From contig JAFPSY010000011.1 in NCBI GenBank assembly GCA_017413585.1, positions 1 through 32,451 of the forward strand: a stretch of 32,451 nt of DNA, written 5' to 3'. The position numbers were made by a program, and so were the translations under genes. Each line of letters opens with the position of its first letter. The first letter of the stretch is position 1. Below the pieces are notes generated by a model that was not told the origin of the DNA, did not search any database, and saw only the letters and a list, made by a program, of their open reading frames with translations. This DNA comes from Acholeplasmatales bacterium. GTDB lineage: Bacteria > Bacillota_I > Bacilli_A > Acholeplasmatales > Anaeroplasmataceae. Shown piece after piece: positions 10,352 to 17,367 of the stretch.

Positions 10352-11517
10352 TAAATATCTCCATTTCTAAATTGTTCAAAATATTTAAGGCTTTCCTTGG
10401 AAACAGAATTTCTATAGGAATTCATAACCTCATCAAAGTATTTCATACAAATAGGAACATTTTCTTCAATGCCTTCCTTTTGATTTAATAATGCTTGTTC
10501 TAGGGCTTTTGTTTTTACCTTATCTAAAATAGAGGAAATATCCGCACCTGAATATCCTTCAAATCTTTCTGTCATCTCTTCTATTGTGATATCTGTATTT
10601 TCAAGTAGTTCCATATGGTTTTTAAATGCCTTAGAGACTAAGAAATGTCTTGCATCATAATCTGGTAAGGTAATATATAAATGCGTATCAAATCTCTTAC
10701 CACGAATTAAAGCAGTATCTAATGCCCAAGGGCGGTTGGTTGCGCCAATAATAACTCTAATCTTTTTAGGATCCTTATTGGAATTAAAGCCAGATAGACA
10801 GGTTAGGAATGCAGTTAATACATCCTTCGTGTGTGTTGAGTCTTCACTTTCTCTTGAAGCAAATAAAGAATCTAATTCATCAAAGAATAATAAGCAATTA
10901 TCATATTCCATTGCTTCATCGAAAATAGCTTTTATTTTCTTTGGGGCTTCACCTACGTACTTGTCTAAAATATCAAAGGAATTAATAATTGCATAAGCAC
11001 ATTTAAGCTCTCCTGCAATAGCCTCTGCAACAAAGGATTTACCACAGCCTGGAGGACCAAACATTAAAATTTGGCAGCCTACAGAATCCTTATATTTGTA
11101 ATATAATTCCGGATTTTTTAGTGGTAGGATTACATTTAATTTAATTTCTCTTTTTACATCCTCTAAGCCAGCAACATCCTCTAGGGTAATGCTTGGTGGT
11201 TCCTTTTTAAAGAATTTTATTTTTTCTTCCTTTTCAGGCACTCCTCCACCACTACTCTTTACAGTTTCCTTTTTCACAAAAGGATTGATGCCCTTTTCCT
11301 TCAAATTCTTCTTAATTTGAATAAGCTTTCTATTTTCTGTAATAAAGCGATTCTTAAATTCAATGACCTCACTATTATTTGCAAGCTCTTGGGATAAGGA
11401 AATGGCTTTATCTAAATAAAATAATCCATTTTCTATATCCTCAAGCATTAACAATTCCTTTACCTTAGAAAGTGCAGCCTCGTAGGTATGATATTTCATT
11501 TCATAATTGAAGGCCAT
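10351..11517 (-). CDS. Vps4-like classic AAA+ ATPase with MIT-like N-terminus
   Basis: ITLEDVAGLEDVK..VILPLKNPELY, Walker A GPPGCGKS, pore loop DKYVG, Walker B LFFDELD, ATNRPWALD, EGYSGADI, C-terminal SVSKESLKYFEQF. Stop overlaps the next start (TAATG). Confidence 0.9.
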   Translation of the reverse strand: MAFNYEMKYHTYEAALSKVKELLMLEDIENGLFYLDKAISLSQELANNSEVIEFKNRFITENRKLIQIKKNLKEKGINPFVKKETVKSSGGGVPEKEEKIKFFKKEPPSITLEDVAGLEDVKREIKLNVILPLKNPELYYKYKDSVGCQILMFGPPGCGKSFVAEAIAGELKCAYAIINSFDILDKYVGEAPKKIKAIFDEAMEYDNCLLFFDELDSLFASRESEDSTHTKDVLTAFLTCLSGFNSNKDPKKIRVIIGATNRPWALDTALIRGKRFDTHLYITLPDYDARHFLVSKAFKNHMELLENTDITIEEMTERFEGYSGADISSILDKVKTKALEQALLNQKEGIEENVPICMKYFDEVMNSYRNSVSKESLKYFEQFRNGDI

Positions 11518-11532
11518 AATTTCCCTCCCACA

Positions 11533-12129
11533 TTAAATGTTTAATTCAGAGAAAAAATCATCATTTCCTTGAGTTTGAGTTTGTGTCTCGCCCTGCTGAT
11601 TTGTATTCACAGAAACATTTGCAGCACCACTAGTCATTAGGATTTCATCCTTTAAGGAGTTTAATTCATCCTCAGTCATTTCGCTATCTAAGGATGGATC
11701 TAAATTACCCATCATATCATTGATAGATTCCATAGAAAGCTGACCCTTCATAATGCTCTTCTTAAACTTCATAAAATCCTTGTTGTTCTTCTTTAGGCTT
11801 GGCATTGAGTCCATCATTTTAGCTGTAGATGCTAAAACAGACTTTAAGCCTACAAAGGTAGATGCTACCTCTACTTGAATTAAATAGTTTTCAAATTGAC
11901 ATTTAATTGTTTCAATATTTGTCTTAATACCTCTATAGTATTTCATGGATCTAGCAAATGTCTTAAAGCTATTTAAATCATTTCTTTTGATTAAAGCTTC
12001 CTTTGCCTTGTCCCTACATTTTGCAATACCATTATCAAGGTTTGTAAGAACTCGATCAAATTGCTTAATGATTTCGTTGGCCTTTTGCTTATCCTCAGCC
12101 ATCTTCAATCTTCTTTTCATTTCATTCAT
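11533..12129 (-). CDS. ESCRT-III-like protein (Did2/Vps2/Vps24-like pattern)
   Basis: 198 aa, all helical. Hairpin turn KAKEALIKRNDLNSFKTFARS, then VEVASTFVGLKSVLASTAKMMDSM, acidic helix MTEDELNSLKDEI and terminal DDFFSELNI. Basic N half, acidic C half. Confidence 0.68.
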   Translation of the reverse strand: MNEMKRRLKMAEDKQKANEIIKQFDRVLTNLDNGIAKCRDKAKEALIKRNDLNSFKTFARSMKYYRGIKTNIETIKCQFENYLIQVEVASTFVGLKSVLASTAKMMDSMPSLKKNNKDFMKFKKSIMKGQLSMESINDMMGNLDPSLDSEMTEDELNSLKDEILMTSGAANVSVNTNQQGETQTQTQGNDDFFSELNI

Positions 12130-12169
12130 AAAAATATACCTTTTTATCCTTTACCAAATATCTTTTTTA

Positions 12170-13309
12170 TTAAAAGTACATATCTTCCATAGTCAAGGTT
12201 GCAAGATCCTCTCTTGATGGATTGGAAACCTTAGCAAGTCTTGAAGCTTGTCTTTCAATAATTTCCTCAAATAGATTTCTAACATCACGACCATTCGCAA
12301 AATTACGATCTCTATTTTCGTATAGCTTATTTAAATAACCCTTAAGCTTTGCTTCAGCATCAGGTGCTAATACATAATCATTCTTCTTAAGCTGTAATTC
12401 AAAAATCTTGAATAATTCTTCACCATTATAATCTGCAAAATGAATAAAATTTTTGAATCTAGATTCTAATCCCGGATTGGAATTTATGAATCTTTCCATT
12501 TCATTTTCATATCCTGCAGCTATAACAACTAAATTATCTCTATTGTTTTCCATACCGATAAGTAATGTATCGATAGCCTCTTGACCGAAGTCTGTTCCTC
12601 CACCCTTAGGTGCTAGGGAATACGCCTCATCAATAAATAGAATTCCACCCATAGCCTTATCAATAGCCTCCTGGGTTTGTCTTGCGGTTTGACCTACATA
12701 GCCTGCAACCAAATTATTTCTTTGAACCTCAAGTAAGCTATCCTCTAAATCATTTCCACTAATTACACCAAGTGCAGTATAAATCTTAGAAACAATTCTT
12801 GCGACTGTAGTCTTACCTGTACCTGGATTACCTGTAAATACCATATGGTTGGTCATCTTTGGTACCTTTAGGCCTTGGGCTCTTCTTTGGTTAAAATTAT
12901 TGATTTGATTTACCTTTGCATGGATTTCCTTTTTTACCTCATCAAGTCCAATAAGCTCATCAAGCTCTGCTAATGCAGCATCAACATCTATAGGCTCTTT
13001 TTTTGCTACAGGCTTTGCCTTTGGTGCAGCCTGCTTTACCTTTTTTGCTTCTGCCATAGTCTGTGTTGCAGAGCCTTGAGGTTTAACATCTAAATGCTCA
13101 AGACAAATCTCTCTCTTACGCATTAATCTGTCGTAATTTTCCTTCATTAATTTAATCTTTTTGAAATCATTTGTTTTATTTGCAATCTCTTTGGTCAAAG
13201 GAAGAGCCTTATCTATTTTTTCAACTGCCTCATCATAACAGCCTGCAGTCATTAAGATATCGATATCTTTATTTAAACGGATAAATTGCTGTTCTTTTGT
13301 AATATCCAT
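12170..13309 (-). CDS. CbbX/SpoVK/EccA-family AAA+ ATPase with MIT-like N-terminal domain
   Basis: LIGLDEVK, HMVFTGNPGTGKTTVAR, LVAGYVGQTA, ILFIDEAYSL, SNPGLESRF, FANGRDVRN. Start moved to ATG 13309 (GGAGG 8 nt upstream). N-terminus AGCYDEAVEKIDKAL..KENYDRLMRKRE is MIT-like. Confidence 0.9.
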   Translation of the reverse strand: MDITKEQQFIRLNKDIDILMTAGCYDEAVEKIDKALPLTKEIANKTNDFKKIKLMKENYDRLMRKREICLEHLDVKPQGSATQTMAEAKKVKQAAPKAKPVAKKEPIDVDAALAELDELIGLDEVKKEIHAKVNQINNFNQRRAQGLKVPKMTNHMVFTGNPGTGKTTVARIVSKIYTALGVISGNDLEDSLLEVQRNNLVAGYVGQTARQTQEAIDKAMGGILFIDEAYSLAPKGGGTDFGQEAIDTLLIGMENNRDNLVVIAAGYENEMERFINSNPGLESRFKNFIHFADYNGEELFKIFELQLKKNDYVLAPDAEAKLKGYLNKLYENRDRNFANGRDVRNLFEEIIERQASRLAKVSNPSREDLATLTMEDMYF

Positions 13310-13327
13310 ACTACTGCCCTCCATCAA

Positions 13328-13909
13328 TTACCAATTCGATACACTTACTTCTTGTGCTTGGCTTGTTGTATCCTCATCTAATTGCTGCATTTCACGATCA
13401 AGCTGGGCTTCAAGCTCAGAATCAATTTCAGTCTTTGTCGATTGATCTACATCACTAATGGATTTTGTTACAACCCCAAACATTTGATCTAGCTTTTGGA
13501 ATTGTGCGCTGAAATTCTTTTCGAAGCTTTGGATATCCTTAAGCATTCCCTTTACCTCTACGGATGCATTAATCTTAGAAACCTCACCCATTACTTCACC
13601 GAATGTTTCATATAATTCCATCTTAGTAAATGCTTCATCAATCATGAATTGGAAATTCTCTAATTTGTTTAATAAGTCCTGAGTCTTATATTTATAAACA
13701 GAGATTTGCTTATAATTATCTGCTTGATGCTTAGCCTCAATATTGTTGTTTGCTCTTTTTGCAGCAACAATTTTTTGTCTAATAATTTCAAGCTTATTCT
13801 CATAAGCATCTAAACGCTCTGTAATGTTATCTCTAACCTTATCGAACTTGATATCAATTTTAATCTTATTTGGTTTTTCAATTTCTTCTTTTTTCTTTCC
13901 GAATGCCAT
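13328..13909 (-). CDS. ESCRT-III/Snf7-like protein
   Basis: 193 aa; MAFGKKK start, helix 1, KIVAAKRANNNIEAK turn, helix 2 ending IDEAFTKMELYETFGEVMGEVSKIN, acidic EIDSELEAQLDREMQQL helix. GGGAG RBS. Confidence 0.68.
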   Translation of the reverse strand: MAFGKKKEEIEKPNKIKIDIKFDKVRDNITERLDAYENKLEIIRQKIVAAKRANNNIEAKHQADNYKQISVYKYKTQDLLNKLENFQFMIDEAFTKMELYETFGEVMGEVSKINASVEVKGMLKDIQSFEKNFSAQFQKLDQMFGVVTKSISDVDQSTKTEIDSELEAQLDREMQQLDEDTTSQAQEVSVSNW

Positions 13910-13922
13910 AATCCTACTCCCT

Positions 13923-14822
13923 TTAAATTGTCATATCTTCAATATTTACTTGAGATGGTGTAGATTCAGCTGCATCAGCATCCGAAACAGTCATTCCCTG
14001 GTTCATGACAGTTTTATTTGCTCCAGCAATTTTATCTGCTGCAGCAGAAACCTGACCGATTTGCATGTCTCCCATCTTTGTTTCCTCAAGTACAGTACCA
14101 AACTCATCTACAATTTCATCAGGAAGGTAAACATCCTTGTTTTGTTCCTTTTGATTTACTAAAATCGTAAGGTTTCTAATTTGAGTATCTAATGCATCTG
14201 TTTGACGCTGCTTTCCTTCCTTATCTTCCTTAATTTGAAGCATTTGTCTTTGGATTTGTATTCTTCTTGCATCCGATTGACCCTGTGCAGATTCCTTAAG
14301 CTTATTAAATGAATCGATGTCTTTTCTTATTTCCTCAGTGATATTCTCACGATTAATCTTTAGCTTCATCAATTCAATCTTAACCTTTAGATATTCTGGA
14401 TCCTCATAATATTTATGAGTGATATATCCTCTTTGGTTCACTAAGGTATCCATTGCATCAATGGTTGTAGTAATTCCATAATAATTACCCTGATTACAGT
14501 AAACCTCAAGCTCAGCTGCACACTTCTTAATTAAGCCATCTAATGCATATACAGCTCTTGCATTTTTATCTACTGTACCACTCTTTAAATTAGACATAAG
14601 ATCCATAATTCTATTGGATTCATCGTAATACTGAGTAGTATTCACCTTTGCATAGCACTTCTTTAATAAATCAATAATGGAAGTCTTTTGAGCTTCAATA
14701 TCAAATTTCTTTTTCTGTGCTTCCTTTGCTTCTTTTCTAGATAGCTTCTTTGGCTCTGGATCACTTCCAATAACAACAGTTAAATCGTCCATTCCCTGAC
14801 CTTTTTTCTTTTTACCAAACAT
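13923..14822 (-). CDS. All-helical protein with C-terminal helical hairpin (possible divergent ESCRT-III/PspA-like subunit)
   Basis: 299 aa; MFGKKKK start, helical bundle, coiled-coil hairpin at ~aa 140-225, acidic tail. AAGGAGG RBS. Confidence 0.55.
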   Translation of the reverse strand: MFGKKKKGQGMDDLTVVIGSDPEPKKLSRKEAKEAQKKKFDIEAQKTSIIDLLKKCYAKVNTTQYYDESNRIMDLMSNLKSGTVDKNARAVYALDGLIKKCAAELEVYCNQGNYYGITTTIDAMDTLVNQRGYITHKYYEDPEYLKVKIELMKLKINRENITEEIRKDIDSFNKLKESAQGQSDARRIQIQRQMLQIKEDKEGKQRQTDALDTQIRNLTILVNQKEQNKDVYLPDEIVDEFGTVLEETKMGDMQIGQVSAAADKIAGANKTVMNQGMTVSDADAAESTPSQVNIEDMTI

Positions 14823-14840
14823 TTTTCTTTCCTCCTTAAA

Positions 14841-15782
14841 TTATTCTTGCTTAGCGCCACAGGATGGACAGAATGCTGCATCCCTTGCTATTTTCTTTCC
14901 ACATTTAATACAGAACTTATCTGAGTTTGTTTGCTCAATTACAACATTGCCATCACCATTCTTATTGATGTCTGTCTTTTGCTCTGTGATGGTTGTATGC
15001 TTTGCTCTTTCTAAATTAATCTCATGGTCACGCTCAGCCTGAAGCTCTTCCTTCTTACGCTGATATTCCTTTTCCTTTTCCTCTTCATCAAAGGAATCTA
15101 GAGCTCTTTGATTAATCTTATTTAGGATATTTGCAATCATTTCATCTGCATCCTCAAATGGCTCAACAGTTAAATTAATAGAACCTGGCATAATGATTAA
15201 TCCCATCTTTTGGAATTGAGATGCTGCTCTTCTACCATTAGAGAATACATCCTTAACAATCTTATTTAAGGATGCATTTAAATCATTCTCTGTTGTTTCT
15301 TGTGTAATGAATCGATCTGCAGCCTGGCTGATTTCATCACCTAAAAGCTTTCTATAATCGTTATTGATTAATTCGATTAGCTCATCCTTAGTAATGGTCT
15401 TATCGATGGCCTCACATAAGAAGCTATAATCATTAATCATTACCTCAACCTCACCTAAAATAGAGAAGTCAGCCTTTGCATCTGGCTTATAGCTTATAGA
15501 GCATTTATGCTTTCCTGCAAAGAATTTGATGGAAACTGTATCGAAGGTCTTATCTGGACAAAGATATGCAGTAATCGTATCCTTCTTTCTTCCACCCATC
15601 ATTTCAGCATCAATTTCATATAAAGAGGCACTGCCCTTATAGCAAGTACCACCAACATATGCTGTTGTACCCTTTTTTACATATAAATTAATTTTGCTCT
15701 TCTTTAATGCGATATCAATTTTCTCAATCACATAAGAAGGATTGCTTAACTCTAAAGTTATTTCTTGTGTAAATAAACCCAT
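14841..15782 (-). CDS. SPFH/band-7-like protein with coiled coil and C-terminal zinc ribbon
   Basis: LYVKKGTTAYV N-terminal strand, FQKMGLIIMPGSINL SPFH-type end, E/K coiled coil, terminal KFCIKCGKKIARDAAFCPSCG. Confidence 0.7.
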   Translation of the reverse strand: MGLFTQEITLELSNPSYVIEKIDIALKKSKINLYVKKGTTAYVGGTCYKGSASLYEIDAEMMGGRKKDTITAYLCPDKTFDTVSIKFFAGKHKCSISYKPDAKADFSILGEVEVMINDYSFLCEAIDKTITKDELIELINNDYRKLLGDEISQAADRFITQETTENDLNASLNKIVKDVFSNGRRAASQFQKMGLIIMPGSINLTVEPFEDADEMIANILNKINQRALDSFDEEEKEKEYQRKKEELQAERDHEINLERAKHTTITEQKTDINKNGDGNVVIEQTNSDKFCIKCGKKIARDAAFCPSCGAKQE

Positions 15783-15801
15783 TTTTATTTTCTCCTTTTC
15801 T

Positions 15802-16614
15802 TTATTTTAAACTAGAAATAGCATCATGAATTGCTTTAGCAGATACACAGAATCCGTATCCTCTTATTACTTGATCCTCTAAAGAATCCTCTTGTTTTAT
15901 GAGCTCACTGAATGTTGCCATACCAACAACCTCACCCCTCATATTGAATACAGGTCCTCCGCTATTACCATGATTCAAAGTAAGAGTAGTTTGTAAATAA
16001 GAATATTTTGAAGCATTCTTCTTATTATATTCTGGGTTAGCAACGGACCCCTCAATATAGGTAAATCGATAATGTAGAGGGTTTCCAATAGTAAAGACGG
16101 CTTCCCCTTGCTTCGTTAAGGTATCACATAGCTTAAGCCTTGGGATTATACTTGGAATATGTCGTTCTGGCTTTAATATTGCAATATCATCTTCCTTAGA
16201 CACATATAAAACCTCAGCATATGCCTTTTTTAATGTATCTAGCTTTAAACCATCTGCATATTCAATAAATAAGCTTAATCGATTGGAATTCTCCTTTAAA
16301 ACGACATGAGCGTTTGTAACGATATAATCTCCTGAAACTATAAATCCACTACCTGTAGAAAACATAGGACGAAATTCAGCATACACCTTACAAACGGAAT
16401 ATCTAGATTGCTCAACTAGAATAGCCTTCGCCTGATCAATTTGATTCAAGATATCTAAAGGCTTATCCTCTTTAGGCTTTTCCTTTGGTGCTTCTATTTT
16501 TTCTCCCTTTTCCTTTGTGGCTTTTACCTTTGAAACATCCTTTAAGACCTTTGCTCCACAATATGGGCAAACATCTGTGGTTACTTCTGCAGCACAAACC
16601 TTACATCTCACCAT
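15802..16614 (-). CDS. Cytoplasmic trypsin-like serine protease with N-terminal zinc ribbon
   Basis: CKVC..CPYCG at the N-terminus; STGSGF, TNAHVV (His), DDIAIL (Asp), GNSGGP (Ser). No signal peptide or PDZ domain seen. AAGGAGG RBS. Confidence 0.92.
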   Translation of the reverse strand: MVRCKVCAAEVTTDVCPYCGAKVLKDVSKVKATKEKGEKIEAPKEKPKEDKPLDILNQIDQAKAILVEQSRYSVCKVYAEFRPMFSTGSGFIVSGDYIVTNAHVVLKENSNRLSLFIEYADGLKLDTLKKAYAEVLYVSKEDDIAILKPERHIPSIIPRLKLCDTLTKQGEAVFTIGNPLHYRFTYIEGSVANPEYNKKNASKYSYLQTTLTLNHGNSGGPVFNMRGEVVGMATFSELIKQEDSLEDQVIRGYGFCVSAKAIHDAISSLK

Positions 16615-16630
16615 TTTCCCCTCCTTATAT

Positions 16631-16652
16631 TGTAAAAAATATATTTTTTACA
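16631..16652. promoter_or_regulatory. Perfect 22-bp palindrome between predicted TSS and RBS of the cluster (candidate operator)
   Basis: TGTAAAAAATATATTTTTTACA is its own reverse complement. Confidence 0.55.
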
Positions 16653-16668
16653 TATATTTCTGATACCT

Positions 16669-16697
16669 ATTTTATCAAAAACAGTGTGTTGATTCAA
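16669..16697 (-). promoter_or_regulatory. Sigma70-type promoter of the ESCRT-like cluster
   Basis: TTGAAT (16697-16692), 17-nt spacer, TAAAAT (16674-16669) with extended TG. Confidence 0.7.
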
Positions 16698-16770
16698 GAA
16701 AACGCTATCTCTTTTAGCCATAAAATACAGTTTTTGATAAATTTTTTAGTATCTAAATAGAAAATTCAAG

Positions 16771-16804
16771 AAAAAAAGACTTTTGGCATATACACCAAAA
16801 GTCT
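16771..16804 (-). terminator. Intrinsic terminator (expression platform of the riboswitch)
   Basis: AGACUUUUGG-UGUAUAUG-CCAAAAGUCU followed by a U run; its 5' arm overlaps the aptamer P1 3' strand. Confidence 0.85.
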
Positions 16805-16880
16805 CAATCTTTCAAATGAATCCGGATTAAAAATCGTACTGACGAATCTCATTCCCATTGCTGGGGATTTACTCCCTTTT
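16797..16880 (-). promoter_or_regulatory. yybP-ykoY manganese riboswitch aptamer
   Basis: AAAAG-GGAGUA-AAUC / CCCA-GCAA-UGGG / AAUGAGAUUCG-UCAGUAC-GAUU..AAUC-CGGAUUCAUU / GAUU-GAGA-CUUUU. The L1 (GGAGUA/GAGA) and L3 (UCAnUnC) motifs and the pairings fit the family. Confidence 0.85.
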
Positions 16881-16905
16881 CTTAAACTATTCTATTTACA
16901 AGAAT

Positions 16906-16934
16906 ATAATACAATAAGATTTTCTCCTTTTCAA
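16906..16934 (-). promoter_or_regulatory. Sigma70-type promoter of the riboswitch leader
   Basis: TTGAAA (16934-16929), 17-nt spacer, TATTAT (16911-16906). Confidence 0.7.
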
Positions 16935-16983
16935 TAAAAATCGTAATAAATCGTACCTTGGTATATCTATAGATATAACTAGT

Positions 16984-17184
16984 TTATTCGTTATCCTTCT
17001 TATTCTCTTCTAAGATTTTATCTAATTGCTCGCCAAGATCCATCTCCTCTGCCTCTCTTAGTTTTTCATTTAGAATGTCAACTAAAATCATTTCATATTT
17101 ATGAATGTTCTTCTTCAAATACAAAATATATACAAGCGAAATTACTACTGCAATAACCAAAATAATACAACTAATTTTAAGCAT
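16984..17184 (-). CDS. Small single-TM membrane protein (66 aa)
   Basis: AAGGAG RBS, N-terminal hydrophobic helix, charged helical tail; TGaTATAAT upstream. Confidence 0.7.
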   Translation of the reverse strand: MLKISCIILVIAVVISLVYILYLKKNIHKYEMILVDILNEKLREAEEMDLGEQLDKILEENKKDNE

Positions 17185-17367
17185 TTTTTCTCCTTGATAT
17201 TTTATTATTTTTTACCACTATTATTATATCATGATATGGGAATATCCTATAGTAACTTATATACTATAATTAGGTTGCATTTTTATATAAAAAATGGCTT
17301 TAAATAAATATTTTTATAATATATAATGTATATATAGGTTACACTTTTTATAACTATGGAGGCAAAA

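Noticed and set aside
8963-11517. FtsH or split CDC48 annotation
   Set aside because: No TM helices, no protease domain and no CDC48 N-domain; each ORF has its own RBS and helical N-terminus.
12130-12175. Off-frame LIKKIFGKG upstream of the 198-aa gene, resembling a helix-0 motif (possible frameshift)
   Set aside because: It has no start codon or RBS and ends in TAA, while ATG 12129 has a usable AAAGGT. Probably chance, though reads could be checked.
12170-13309. Type VII secretion reading of the EccA-like ATPase
   Set aside because: No FtsK/EssC ATPase or WXG100 protein is seen in the window.
16771-16900. 6S RNA or plain terminator reading of the intergenic structure
   Set aside because: Too short for 6S RNA, and the L1/L3 motifs fit yybP-ykoY much better.
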